A stretch of 63,320 nucleotides of DNA, counting the filler, from Hyphochytrium catenoides (lineage: Eukaryota; Protista; Hyphochytriomycota), in assembly GCA_900088475.1 (NCBI GenBank). It is 9 parts of 9 records of this genome, joined end to end, with 100 filler letters (N's around TTAATTAATTAA, not from the genome) between each part and the next. Parts side by side here need not be neighbours in the genome. Positions count along the whole stretch, not along the records: positions 7,669 to 23,642 come from FLMG01000472.1; positions 23,743 to 25,564 come from FLMG01003371.1; 7 more parts are not named here. The stretch is one strand, 5' to 3'. The notes beneath the pieces are model-generated. The model was not told the DNA's origin. It ran no database searches and saw only the letters and a program-made list of their open reading frames with translations. The first letter of the stretch is position 1. Every line of letters starts with the position of its first letter. This document shows, one piece after another, positions 11,701 to 25,420 of this stretch. A program made the translations under genes and the position numbers.

Positions 11701-14333
11701 GCGCTTCGGAAAACTCCGTACTCTCTCTCCCTGCCCTCAACGCGCCTTTTCCTCTGCCGGTGTCAGCGGTAGCTTCTGGCCGGGCACACAATGTCTTAGT
11801 TGAGAGAGATGGCGGAGCTGTCTACGCTTGGGGAGAAAACGAGTATGATCAGCTTGGAGTCCAATCAGAACACGGATTCCTCCCCTTCATGAGAACAAAG
11901 CCCACAAGAGTGGCAATCCCCACCAGAATAACAGGTAGGGGTTATATTGACTTCTCACGTCACGGTGTCGTTCCTTCGGGTGCTTTCACGCCTAGATCGT
12001 ACTTATTGCTGTCCCTTCTTCCATGGTCCTCAGCTTGTATGTGGGTGAATAATGCTTTCTTGTTGTGCTTGTATACTCCAAATAGCTTCGAGCAGACGAA
12101 TCCCTCCACTGTTCATATTTTGGTGATTGTTCGCTGTCTTGTGTCGTGGTTAAGCATTTGATCCATATGCCCTATTTTGGCCATGGTCTTGGGTCCACTA
12201 TAGGCTTGTTGCGTTGTTATGCTATCTCACGTGATGACTTCTCTGTTGTTCTCCGGACCACTTTCGAAAGCCTTGAGAGGCCGTGTTATCCGTTTCGTTG
12301 CGTGTGGGGCGGCTCACACCTTAGCCCTGGATAGTGGTGGGAAGGTAAACATACGTGGAAAATCACAATGGAGCATCCGTGGAAACAATGCTTACATCTT
12401 TCCCATTGACGTCGTCCACACCTTGTCCCGCGCTGCCTGCTACTTAACCGTAGCGGCCTTCAGCAACAAGGGACCTCAGCTTCTTCATTCTGCCTTTTTC
12501 ATGCTGAGATCTGTTGGCATCCATGCTGCAATTGCTTGCCATTTGCATGCCCTTAAATGGGGCGCATTTATCTCGTCCTGTCTCCGCTTTGGAGTTAAAG
12601 GCGCCTAATAATGCCATTGTTGTCCTTTGTTCTCGACCGCAACTTCTCACGATGCAGGTCTACAGCTGGGGTAAGGTCGAAAATGGTCGTCTTGGCCGAC
12701 CCTGCACGGGTGACAGTGATGGGGTAAAAATTCAACCAACTGTCTGTTTCTTCCTTGCTTGCCATGAATGACTCAGTTTTTCTCAGCGTTGATGTGACGT
12801 TCATTCCCCTACGCAGTAAACGCTTCAAACTCTTTTCTCTTCTTTCGCCCTTGCTTTACGTCAATCTCGTGTGCTATGTCTTCACGTCTTGCTTTGCATT
12901 ATAGATTCAAATGTCCTCTCTGCTGACATAGCTGATTATGGTTGTAGAATTGCGAACCTGTGCTCGAACCATGGAACAGCCGAGGCAACGGCTCGCAGGA
13001 AGGTATACAACCCGTTCTTTTCCTCTTTGACGCAAGCGGTTCTTTGCATATCCTTCCTGCCCAAGAAATGTGGCTCTACCCAAATCTACGTTAGCTTGGC
13101 TTCGCATGCCACGTTGTCTGACCTTTCATTGTTCTTGCTTCAGCTTGGGATATGACCTCCAGGAAGAAGCACGTTGTTTCTATTGCATGTGGAGAGAGAC
13201 ACAGCCTTATCGTACTAAATGATGGATCTGCCTATTCGTAAGCCGGAGTTCTCCCCTCTTCCTCCTGCTTGCTCTGACGATTTTACAAGCTTGAAAGCGC
13301 CCATTGCTTTTGGGGCCTTGCCATCCCAGCGTTATTCTCCTTGTCAGGCCCTTCCTCTTTATTATAGCCGGCGCCTTGTCTGATACGTCGTCTGCTCGTT
13401 TGTCTAAAAAGCTGGGGCTGGGGTGCTGCTGGACAATTGGGGTTAGGTTCTCACTGCGATGTCAGTGAACCAGCAAAGGTGAGTCATCATAGAAGTTGAG
13501 GGCCATGGATGGCAAGTGGGAGCTAAACCTGAGCTTAACTTCAAAAGCAGGAAGTGAAGTCTGGAGAATGGCCATGATCGCTTCACCTTACGTCGCCCTT
13601 CCTCTCTCTTTCTCCTTCTTGGATCATATGTAGGTACTAGCGCTAGCGTCTGAAAGCCTCCGTATTCGGAGTACTGCCGGCGGCAGCGAACATTCTCTCT
13701 TTCTTTCCTGGAATGGACACGTCTTTTCTTGTGGAGCCAACAGCAAAGGGCAACTGGGTCGGCCAACGATCTCATCTGATCCAGGTAGAGCAGCTTGCTT
13801 GACCCCACCCTTTCCAGAGCTAAAGCCCTGACGTCCGCAACCGTATCTTCTCTTTGTATGACCCGCACTTGCTTTGTCTCCAACGGTTTGGCAGCACCGG
13901 TCAGTTCGCCCTCTCACCTGTGTCTATACTCTTACCTGGTCCCGCGGTAAGTCTCCACAATTTCTATGTCCCTCGCCACCCTCTGCATCCATCTGCGAGT
14001 GGTTGGTTTCTCTCTCTGTTCAATCTTCTAACAGCACTGCCCTTCCGTAACAGGCGGGTAGAAACCCCTCGAGGCGTCTTTATAGATCAGATCTCTGCTG
14101 GTCCCATGGGGAATGCTGCTATCAGCGGGGATAACAAAGTCTACTTGTGGGGTCAAAACAAGGAGCACAAAACCATGAGTACAGACGAGCAAAGTCAAGA
14201 CCAGGAAAAGGAGAACAGGACACTCCCTGACTATGCTCCGGCAGAGTGCTTGGCACTAGAAAGCGCTTTAACAATTAGTTGTGGTGCAAAGGCGCTTGTT
14301 GCACTTCTGTTGGGCAGTTCCTCGTCCCCGTAG
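8721..14333 (+). CDS. VPS9-domain Rab GEF with C-terminal RCC1 repeats (ANKRD27/VARP-like N-terminus), ~14 exons
   Basis: N-terminal 'ILTHVLRP..GDYRTLDGKVVAVSGNHIYT..GFDADRIVRILFTE'. VPS9 motifs 'TPMEQLLVLQRCLDSI', 'LTTDDILDQLLFILV' and 'ALG|FTIATFRIAAEWF'. RCC1 repeats 'VASGRAHNVL..VYAWGENEYDQLG', 'VACGAAHTLALD..GKVYSWGKVENGRLG' and 'IACGERHSL'. Introns are GT-AG. Stop TAG at 14333. Confidence 0.85.
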
Positions 14334-16022
14334 CTCTCCGTCGGATCTAACCGAGAACCAAAGTCGAGCGCACAAAAGAAGCAGGGGAGAGAGGGAGCGA
14401 CAGTCTCCTTCGTTGTCAATCAGAGTTCATCTAGCTACATCTCCCCATACCCAGCAGGGAACGATGCTCTGTCCAAGAAAAACAGAGAAAGGTTTGAAGA
14501 AGTCTAGACGCTGACAAGATCTACCATATCCCCTACTTTGCAGCTGGAGAAGGTGTCTCGACTTGCAGACCTTGCTAAGTCTCTCTTTCCTATCGTTACT
14601 TGCCACTATGACGGAGATCAAGCAGTTCAAGGATAAGAAGATGTGGCGGCCAAGAGTGATCAAGACCGCCTGACCTGATAGTCACATCACTTTCTTGGCA
14701 GCTTCCTCTGTCAAGAAATCGACTTGGTGAAGCAAAGAGCGCAAGACTGGGAAGGCAGGCGAATAATGTCACTTTTGTTTCTTTTTATAAAGCTATGTCT
14801 CCTACTTAGAGAGGATTGTCTTCCTCACTGGTGCATCGCTCTATCTCTTTTGGCAATGCTTTATCAGCTCATTGAGCTCCGTCAGCTTCTTTTCTAAAAG
14901 ATCCCGTCCTTGTTCCTTTCCATATCAGACTTTGGCATCCAGGGACGAAGCTTGAAGCTGCTTTTGCCATTGACAACAGCCTCGTCTCTCAAATTTTGGG
15001 TCCGCATTCAATAAAAGCAAAGATAGCATCTTTGCTAGCTTTCATCAGCCTATCTTTCTTTCTTTTGATGGCCTCTCAAACCCGAAGCTCAGGCCGGTCC
15101 GCGATCTTTTGCGCTTGCTTCAGTGACCCTGTGAGCAGCCCCTTGACCCCTGACTGCCAAGAGACGAGAGGTCAAGCACGAAGAGGCGAGAGAGCCTTCA
15201 AGTGATCAGAAGGCATTACCCAGAGATTTATCTGGGTGGAAGCGGACGAAAAAAGAACTAGAGAGGCAAGGGAGCCGTGATCCTACGCAGTCTGGTGATG
15301 CAAGAGGAACCATTATGCAGGGACCACTAGAGTTTATCTGCAGCTGCTAATCCAGCCCTGCGGCCTCTCTCACTCTTCTCATCCTCTCAACGTAGCCCAG
15401 TGTGCGTTATCCTTCTAAGCTCTAACTCCGTAGAAGCAGTCATCTCAGCACTGAGAGTCAAGTCGTCGGACAAAGAGCTCAAGAAACCTCTTGCCAGTCT
15501 GTCAGCCTAAACATCCTACCACTCAACTCACTTTTGAATCCTTCGACTGTTGAACCCTTCGCGTAGCGTCTCTCTCTCTCCCCATGCCATGTTCTGTCTG
15601 TCTCACGACGATGAAGGACGAACATGGACGAAGTGAAGCTATTGCCTCTTTCTGCTCCTATGTATGCGTCATCGCAGCAGCTGCCCCACTCCTCAGCATT
15701 CTTTTTTCTCTGCTTCTTCTTCTCGCCGTTTATCCTCCGTCGCTCCCCCTTCCGATCCGCCCCTCTGCCAAACGTGGTGGTAGGCTTCGCATGGATCCCT
15801 TTCCGCCTCTCTCCCGCCCCCAGGCCCACCATGCCGTTCCTCCTCCTTTCTCTCACTACCAAAGTCTCTCTTCTTGTCTCTCTTCTCTCTTTACTTCCTC
15901 TCCTCTCTCTCTCCTCTCTGCCTCTTGCACTGTTACTCCCCAATATCTTTTCTCTTTCTCTCTCTCTCTCACTCTCTCTCTCTCACCCAGTCTCTCACTC
16001 TCTCTCTCTCTCTCTCACTCAC

Positions 16023-16058
<36 letters not shown>

Positions 16059-17424
16059 CTCTCTTTCTCTCTCATTGACAATAACAGCCGGGCAGGGCTT
16101 TCAAAAATGGCTAAGATCCCCGACTTCAACTTCAGGACGGGTGGGTCCTATTGCAAAGGGTCTCTAAGTTTACCATTGCCAGCCGGTGGGTAGGAGAAGA
16201 GCCCTTACTGCTCACAAGAAATCGCGCCCGCTACATCGCTGATAGAGAAATCCTTATTCAGTCATAGCATCAGGCGGATTAGGGATATCCGGAGGTTGAC
16301 AAATGGGATGCTCCAGATGCAGAAAGTTCTGGATCCTTTGTCGTTGCTTCACCTTCTTTTCTTCTTCCCTGCTCCCACCATTTCAACAAGGAGATCGCCA
16401 CTCTCTCTTCTCTCATCTGAATGTAGAATTTTTAGGGTTATCTTTTACTCTGTGTCGGTCCATGCCTCCACTCTGTCTCTTGGCTTCTGATGAGGTCGAC
16501 AACAGGCAGGCGCTGTCTTTTCTTCCGTCCAGCAGCGTGGCGAGCGTCAAGGATATCTTGAGAGAGTAGCTATAAGGGACAGGAAGCACGTCTCGTGATC
16601 ATGCTACCAACCCAGCCAGATGGGCTCTACCACCTGTGTTAGCAATACAAATCTTAGTTATTTGTAGGTTGAGGAAGTAGCTGTGGGCGTGGGGTGGGTA
16701 AGAACTCTCTCTGGTCAGGGGTCAATCGCTGGACTTCAAGTTGTCCCAAGGCTTTCCTCCTCCCTTCTAGGGCACAAGCCATACAGTTATTTACTGGCTT
16801 ACCTCCCTCCCTACATCTTGGCAGTGTAAAGCAGTTTTCTTCTGTCTTTTTGAGGTAGAAACTACTCTAACCGTGGTCCCTGTTATTATCTATGGGCTCC
16901 GTGGCCTTGATATCAAGCTCCTCCTAGACCTAGACACAAGCAGGCTTCTGTATTACTACTGCCGGTGGTGGCATTATATAAAGTAGAATTAAGATAAGAG
17001 GGACAGGGGGTATTACTACATAATGTTCAAAGTATCTGCCTTGTCTACGGGGTTTTCTCCTAACATTTCTTTGTCCTTCTCCTTCCTCTTCCTCCCTCTT
17101 CCTCTCAGCCTCTGTCTGTTCTGTGTGACATCAAACAAGTTCGCAAACCCAGCTCAGACCCTAAACACAAACTCTCGTAACCCCTTTTGCCCAAACCCAT
17201 AAATCTAACACACATATGACTCATAATAGTTGCCTAAGTGTATATACTGGAGCCTAGACCCACTACTCTAGCACATAATTAAACCTACAAATGCCGTAGT
17301 TTTGAAGGTTTGTGTGTAATTTAGCGATGTGTGTGAGGAACATAGACATGGCCTCCAGATAGATAAGAACAGAAGAAAGGCGCCGACACTGTGGAAGAAG
17401 CGAGGAAGAGAGAGAAGAGAAGAG

Positions 17425-17475
<51 letters not shown>

Positions 17476-17765
17476 CCTCTTAACATTGCGCTTTGCTTTA
17501 TTCCTTCTTGTTGCTCTGCTCTGGGACTAGCCTCCTAGACGTACATCCAGGAAGGCCAAACGCCGACGGCAAAGCACAAGTCAACTTCCGACTCACACAG
17601 CAGCTCTCTTTCTCTCTCGCGCCAAGCCCCCAAGATATCAGAATATCTTAAACGCCTTTTGATCTTCAGGCACGAACCGCAGACGGCTTCGTGCTTTTGG
17701 ATCATCAGAACAATTCAACCTTAACAAGCAGCATCGTGCTTCAACCTCTCAAACCTTCAGGAAAG

Positions 17766-19320
17766 ATGGATGTAATGGATCTTCGCCGTGAGCTCCTGCC
17801 CCAAGCAGCTGTGGGGCGCTCCGGAGTGCACGGCGTTTTGCGCAGGCAGCAGCTGGGCCTGGGCCGCTTCACCACCAGCCAGAAGCTGGGTGTCTCTTCC
17901 CTTTTTGTTCCCAACGTCAAGACCGAGTTTTGCAGCTATAAGTCCCGTCAATATGAGGGCAAGTTCAGCGCCAACGGGGAGCTTTTTGCTCTTGCCAGCT
18001 CCGACGGCGCTATTCGAGTCTTTGATGTTATGAGGAAGGGAACACCCGGAGGCGATTTGTCCTCTGGTGTCGGTGAAGCAACCTCAGGAGGATCATCCAG
18101 AAGATCAGTTCAAGCATCAGAGCGCGCTGGCTCTTCGCAAGCGCCTCTGAAAACAGTGGCGACGAGCTCTCATTCGCCGAGGTAAGAGAGAGAAGGCAAA
18201 GAGAGGATGACCTACGATTGGTCGGTGTTCGCTAACTCGCGCTTTCGCTTTGTCCGTTTGCCCCTTTAGATCTATAGACTTCTCCTCAGATGGGAGCTGG
18301 ATAGCTTATAGTGGACTTAGTGATAGTATTTATTTATGCGACCTGCGGGCCGATAGCGACAAGGATCAAGAGGTGAGCTAGCCGTCGTCTCTCTTCTGCG
18401 TCTCCCGCTCTCTTCTCCTCTTTCTCAGCTCGTTTCTCTCTCTTTGACCTTTGATACTGGGGCGCAGATGCTAACGCTTGCCTCTCTTGATTCTTCCCCC
18501 TTACAGATCCTCGTCAATGCGCCATCGGCCAACGGCTGGTGTGGCTTCTGTATCTTTAGTGTATGTTTCTCTCCCGATGGTTCCTACGTCCTCGGCGGCG
18601 GGAACGACTCCTCTGTGTATCTTATAGAACGTAACGCTGGCAGCATCGCCAAGATGACGGCTCACGCTGGTAAGGGAGCATTGACTCGAAGAACGTTAAT
18701 GACAACTGGCAGAGGCACTGACTCTCCCTCTCTCTCTCACAGACGATGTCAATGCTATCGCCTTTCTTGATGATAAGACGTCTGGCGGTAACCACACTCT
18801 TCTGACTGGAGGAGACGACAACGTCATGAAGATGTGGGACCTCCGTACCAGCCTGGAGACGCCAGTGGTCACTCTCTACGGGCACTCAGGAGGCATAACT
18901 AGCATCTCCTCCCGTAAGGATGGACAGTACCTCCTTACCAATGGCAAAGATTCCAAGATGAAGCTGTGGGACCTTCGCCGAGTCACCGGACAGTCTAAGG
19001 AGGATGTCAGCGCCCTCACTTTTGAAGGGCACAAGGTCTCCAGGACGCTCATCCGCTGCTCTTTCTCTCCTCAACTGACCACTGGCTCTCGCTTTGCCCT
19101 TTCGGGATCGTCCTCTGGCTCTGTCCGTATCTACGACATTTTGACTGGTGAGCTGAGGTCAGAGCTGCAAGGCCATAGCAACGTAGTCAGGGACGTTTCT
19201 TGGCACCCCACGGAGCCTCTTATAGCCACTTCTTCTTTCGATGGCACTGTCGGTATGTGGCGCTATGTCTCTCCATCGCTCTTGAGCAAGAACGGGGATG
19301 GCTCTGTCTCTCTTCTGTAA
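17766..19320 (+). CDS. WD40-repeat protein, DCAF11/WDR23/LEC14B-like (4 exons)
   Basis: 'YEGKFSANGELFALASSDGAIRVFD', 'IFSVCFSPDGSYVLGGGNDSSVYL', 'GHSGGITSISSRKDGQYLLTNGKDSKMKLWDLR', 'GHKVSRTLIRCSFSPQLTTGSRFALSGS' and 'GHSNVVRDVSWHP' are characteristic of DCAF11/LEC14B. Exons ~17766-18181, 18270-18372, 18507-18669, 18742-19320. Confidence 0.88.
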
Positions 19321-19647
19321 GACATTGGAGGAGGAATTCATGTCTGCAAGACTCTCTACAGAGCGGGCGTTGTCGTCTTCAGGATGAGACGCTGCAAGGT
19401 GTGAGCTCACGGCTCTGTCAAGGGAGAAAGAGGAGCAGCGAGTCTCTTTGTTTTGCCAGTGAGAGGGAGCAACTCTCTTTTGTCTCTGCTGTAGATACTT
19501 TTGTACAAAGGTCTTTAGTGTACATAACAATTTTGTTGATAAACTACCTGGTTTTCTCTTGATCAAGAGTGATTTTTACACCTTTCTCTCTCTCTCTCTC
19601 TCACTCTCTCTTTCTCTCTTCTGTCTCTGTCTCCTATCTCCCCTCCG

Positions 19648-22600
19648 CTACCACTCTGAGACGCGATAATCCTTATAAAACTGTCCGAACTCTCGGACGC
19701 CGTCTCGCACTCCCATCATGATCGGATCTAAGATCCGCGCTGCGGCGTCCACCTCATCCAAAGGCGTCTGTGCCATAGAATAGGTTAAAAGAAAGGATAA
19801 AGCTTACATTAGAGGAGTAGTGAGGGCCAAAGGAAGGAGGGCAATCGCCTCTGGCTATGAACTAGATCCCAGAGACACGTCCGTCAAGAATTCATGAGAA
19901 AGGAACGATATCTCGAGATTATAGCGTGCAGAAGAGAGAATGCAGAGAGGAGAAAGCGCGAGAGAGCAAAAAGAGAATAGAGCGAGAAGAAAGAGAGAAG
20001 AGAGTTTAAGTTGAAGGAGAGAAGAAGTTAGGGAAAAAAAGCGGAAGAGAGCGACACGAAGAAAGGAAGCTACAGATCCCAAGACGAAACCAAGTTTCCT
20101 TTCTACAAAGAAGTAGCAGTAGCTGCTGTGCCTAACCTGAAAGTTATTTATCTCGGCTATTCGCTCTGCGATATCCCTCGGGTTCTCGTCATTGATCCAC
20201 CCAGTGTCCACTGAGTTCATGAAGATGCCTCTCTCCTTTAGATCCGCACTCGAGGTGCGTGTCATCATGTTAGCCGCCGCCTTTGCCATGTTCGTGTGTG
20301 GGTGATAGGGCGTCTTATGCCGGTAGAACTTCCCTTCCATCGCACTGACGTTTACGATGTAGCGGTCTTCAAACGGTGACTAGAGAAAGGACGAGGCAGT
20401 GTAGTGGGCGCCCCACCAGGTGAGGCAGTGATAGGGAATGGGAGATAGTAGTAAAGAAAGAGAACGAGAGCGACACGAGAGAGATAAGTCAGAAGCAGGA
20501 GACTTGATGAAGGGAGAGAACTACAAGAGAGGAGGGAAAGAAAGAGCACTTGCAATTTCAGAGGAGGAAAGATGGAGGCAGATAGGGACAGACTCTCAAC
20601 CGATCCGAGAAGAGGAGCCAGAACTGCGCCTCTCACAGCCCGCCAGAGAGAAAAGAGGGCATTAAAGAGAGAGAGAGGCAAAGAAGGATGGGGGAGAGAG
20701 AGANNNNNNNNNNNNNNNNNNNNNNNNNNNNNNAGATGAGAGAGACGATACCATGTCCAGCAGGGGAATAAGCTTGCTATTCAGCATAAACGGCGCAAGC
20801 GCATTGATTGCAAAGACTTCGACCAACTCAGGAACTTCCACTTCTTCCAAGCGCAGCCTCCAGCTATTGACAGATCTAAGATCTACCTGCTGCCTATTGA
20901 TATCTAGGCTGCCAGAGGGAAAGAGCTCTTCTGAGACAGTGAAGTCCTCAGTGATAAGAGGCAGCTGCGACAGGAGGACAGAGCGCTCCAGACGGACGCC
21001 TGACTCTGGAATGTGCACGTCTAAAGAGGGAGTCAGCGCGCCAAAAGAAGCAACAGGTAGCATCCGGAGAGAGAAGAAGGCTCATAGAGAGAGAATGATG
21101 CCGCGGGGTGCGAGGAGGTGAATGCGAGCACAGGCCAGTTAAGGACAAATAATCACCTTGGAACAATGTAAAGCAGTTAAACCAGGCAGGCGAGAGAGCC
21201 TCAGTGGCGGGCAGAAACTGCTGAAGAAAAGACTAAGGGTGGACAGCAGAGAATAGGGAACAAGGAATGGAGAAAAATACGCTGACGTCTTACCGTCAGA
21301 TGTCCCACTAACTAGCGTCCGCTCTTCTCCTCCTTCCTCCTGCACTGGGTTAGAGTCACTCATCTGAAGCCCATTGAAAGATGCTTGGCCTGTGCTCTGC
21401 AGAACCATCCGCGCCACCGCCTATTGCGAAAACGCTTTTAGAGAGCTGAGGAGTGTTCTCTTAATCGCTTATCTAGCTAGCCCACTTCAAACGCTACTGG
21501 CCCGCCCTTAACTCCGGTCTCCATTTTGCTAGGCCGTACTAGGTATGTTAACCCCAAGAGCTGCAGTGGTATACCTGGTCATGAGAAAAGACCTCATAGT
21601 TTCGCTGTAAAAGTGGCCGGATAGCCTCTGGCTTCCTCTCAAGGGGTGTACATTCATCCTTCAGTAGGTGCCTAGGCAAAAGAGCGACCGTCTACCGTTA
21701 GCCATAAAGGATGTAGTTCAGGTTGATCAATTGCAGGGTTTGAAGGCGAATGAAGAGAAGAGAGCCGCGGGTAGGCCGACCGCTGGGTAGCAATCAGAGA
21801 GAAACGGAAGCTTTATACTCGGCGGCCTCGAGAAGCTCAGCTAAGGAAGGCCTGAGCTGATAAAGGAGGGAGATAGAGAGAAAGGAAGAGAAGAGGAAGG
21901 TGGTGTGTACCTATAGTACATAGTGGGCCTCCGGACTGTTTGCGTAGCGTTGTTTACTATCATCTCCACGTGTCCGTACTGCCTCCTTACGTGCTCCACA
22001 AAGGAGTCGATGCTTCTGAAGTCCCTCAAGTCCAGCCCATAAATATGAAGGTTGTCCTAAAGCCAATGAAAGAGACGAAGAGGAAATAAGGAGAACGAAC
22101 GGAAAGATGCCTTAGCATAAAGAGAGACCAATGGCAAGGGACAACGAGGAGGAGATGTACTCATACAGGAAGAGAAAGACTGTGCGGTGATTGATCAGTA
22201 AAAGCCCTATCCAGACCCATGGCACTTTGAGAAGGAGGTAGAAGAGGATGCAAGGATGCGGAGCTTCCAGCAGAGGACGAATAAGCCGGATGATTCGCTG
22301 AGGACTTCCACAGAGGGACAGAGGGAGTCACAGAGTTTTTAGAAAAGGGATCAAGATAGGTTATAGAGAGACGGAGTCTACCTGCCAAACAGCAAAGTCA
22401 TTTTGCGCTGCATAGCGAACGGCCGCATCATGAGGAAATCGAGTGGTAGCCACTACCGTGGCTCCACAGCGGAGAAGCTTTAGCGCCGCCTGAAAACCTG
22501 GTAATAGCGCAGTTAGAGGTAGAGCCATTAACAAGTCGGTCCGAGAAGACGAGAAAGAGACGAGAATCGTGAAGGGGCACGGAGAGGCGAAAAGAGGAGT

Positions 22601-23642
22601 GGCCCATGCGACAGCACCTCGACAAGGGAGCAATCAATGACGGGTGGGAGGTCCACGGAGAAAGAAAGCAATGAATGCAAGGGCCGAGTCCAAGTGAACT
22701 CCTCCTCATGTAGAAACCGCCAGAGCGAAAGCTCAACGAAGTGTCAACAAGGTTACCTATTTTCACCCTCGCTCCGGTTACAATGGCAATTCTTCCCCTA
22801 AGATCTGCAGTTTGAATGCGCTTTGTCCAGTTAAGGTCGGCGCAGGCGGGGCAAAGTTGATCGTAGAAGAAGTGAAGCTTGTCATAGCGCACTTTGCAGG
22901 AGTAACATGACCTGAGGGGCCCAGGGCAGGAACGCATGAGAGACACTGAAAGGCAAAACGCCATCTAAATGGCCCTAGACTCAGGGATGCCATACCCCAT
23001 AGAGGGATAAAGCAGCAGAAAGAGGTCGGAAGCTGGGAAGAAGAACAGCGCGGGGTGGACGCAAGAGAAAAGAGAATAAAGGAGAGTGACTGCAGCGAAG
23101 ATCCTGCCAAAGAAGCAAGAATTAATATACGCAGATCGACGTAGAACCAGAGAAAGAGAATGATATAAGAAGAGGCATATTAAGATATGCCGTCCTCTGT
23201 GTACCTGAGGTTATAGAGAACCTTAGGTGCATCCGCGCCACTTTCCTCCTCCTGAGAGCCGAACAACGCAGGAAGGATTCCCAAAGGAAAAGGAAGGGTG
23301 TGACAGAATATGACGATGAAGGACTGAGGTTAGGGCTAAAGGGACTGGGGGAATCGGAGGGTCGAGAAGTCGCGCCGCCAATGAGAGGTCTGATGGCAAA
23401 CAGACGAGCGGATGGCAGCGGGTACTTCTGCCAGAAGGAGAGAGAGAGAGAGAGAGAAGAGAAGAGACATAATACGAAGACAAGAAACATGAGCGTAGAG
23501 AGATGCCCCGGAAGTGAGTAGTTCAGAAGCAGGTTTATCTAGGCAAAAGAGAGGGCATGTCATGAGGAAGAGCCTGCTCTCAAATGAGCCCACCTCATCA
23601 ATGCGTGCCTCACCTTTCCCATCAGAAGCCCCTGTGGGTGGG
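19648..23642 (-). CDS. Short-chain dehydrogenase/reductase with N-terminal CxxC..CxxC Zn ribbon (5' end truncated by contig end)
   Basis: Exons encode '[43 protein letters not shown]', '[25 protein letters not shown]', '[12 protein letters not shown]', '[21 protein letters not shown]', '[43 protein letters not shown]' and '[25 protein letters not shown]'. Confidence 0.9.
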
Positions 23643-23742
23643 NNNNNNNNNNNNNNNNNNNNNNNNNNNNNNNNNNNNNNNNNNNNTTAATTAATTAANN
23701 NNNNNNNNNNNNNNNNNNNNNNNNNNNNNNNNNNNNNNNNNN

Positions 23743-24918
23743 TCCGGACCTTTAGTCGACTCAACAGTGACATCCATCCCGCGGTACCTGAATCCATCGA
23801 GTTAGAGACTGACGTCACATGGAGGCAGGACCGAGAAGAGAGAAGAAAGGAGCGAGAAAGGCTAAGATTACAAAATTCAAGACAGAGAGCTAGGGATTTT
23901 GGAGCTTCGAGAGAGAAAAACCAAGAAGAAGCGAAGTGGAGTGGGAGCGCGTTAGAGAGAGAGAGAGTGAATGAGAGAAGCGAGTAGGAGAGAGAGAGTG
24001 CGAGTGGCGGCAGTGAAGGTAGGGGAGAGAGCACCGACGAATGAACCAGTCAAATAGAGAGAGAGAGGAGACCAAGAAGAATTAGTGCTTGTTCTTCCCT
24101 CACCATACACCATCTACTTCCATCCCTTTGGCCATCTTCTGCAGCATGAACTCCTTTACCCTGCCATAAACTCGCGCTCGATAGACTCGAGCCAGGCCGT
24201 TCACCGGCAATTCCATGGCCCTCGCCACCTCTCCATTGTTCACAAAGATGATCAATCCTTCAGTATTAAAGTCCAACCTGCCCTGGAAGACAAAAGAGAG
24301 GGGAGAAAAAGTTATTGACAGAGACAGGGCTAGGAGGAGGTGACGACGAAGAGGGAAGAGAGAGAAAAAGAGAGGGACAGAGTGAAAGACTCATAGAAGG
24401 AGATAAATCAAGCACTCGAAGACACAGAAAAAAAGACGGCACTCAGAGACACAGAGAAAATGAAAACAGGGAGAATTAAAGCCAGACAATGAGATAAAAA
24501 GACAGGCGGGGAGAGAAAGAGAAAGAGAGGATAGAGAACGTCAAATAGCCAGTGAGTAAGGAGACTCTTTGAGGTGTCAAGCGTCTGAAATTTTAAAGGA
24601 ACAGATGATCGACAGGCTCCTACCACGGGCACAAGGTTTGCTGGGAGCCCCATGGTTCGTATCCTGCTCGTTATGTCAGGACGGCCCTTAGGATCGCCTC
24701 GACTGACCAGCTCCTACCAATAAAGTCCAAGCGTTTAGCACCTCAAAGGAAAAGCATCTTGGGCCCCTAAGCATGAATCTACCTCTCTTGTTAACCCCTC
24801 TCTCTCTCTCTCTCTCTTTCGCGCTCGCTCTCTCTCTGTCTCCTCCTTCTCACTCGCTCTCTCTCTCTCCGCTTCCTCTAAATCTACCTCTTCTGTTAAT
24901 CTTACCCCCTCTCTCTTC

Positions 24919-24959
<41 letters not shown>

Positions 24960-25420
24960 CTCTCTCTCACTCTCTCTCCCCTCTTCCTCTCTCTCCAGGT
25001 ATTCTAACGTTCTCTCCTTCTGCTTCCCTTAGCTTTCCACCTACTTATCCTCAGGCAACAAGGCGCTTCTCTCCCTACTCTTAGTCTTATCTTGCACTCC
25101 TATGCCGCTATCCCATCCCTCCTTTGACTATCTCTCTATCTCTCACTGTCCTTTTCTCTGTGTGAGAGTCTCTCTCTTTCCAATTGTACCTCACTTTCCG
25201 TCTCTCTCTCTTTTCTGGCTCCAACCCTCCTCTCTCCCCGCTCTACTATTTCTCACCCCTCTAAGCTTGTTGACGGCGAAGACTTTGATGGGCTCCAGAC
25301 GCCTGAGTCCCACGCCGTCCACGGTGATTCTATCGGACTCAGAGACCACTCGACTTAGGTCTGTCACAGGCTCTCGATTCACACGGACCCGGCCCTCTTT
25401 GATCAGCTCTTCAGCTTGTC
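23743..25420 (-). CDS. rRNA pseudouridine synthase, RsuA/RluB family with S4 domain (partial, probably organellar)
   Basis: Exons: 'AEELIKEGRVRVN..DRITVDG..FAVNKLRG' (S4 domain), 'ELVSRGDPKGRP..LVPV', catalytic motif 'GRLDFNTEGL..ELP..RVYRARVYG', and 'YRGMDVTV'. Both ends are cut by the contig. Confidence 0.88.
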
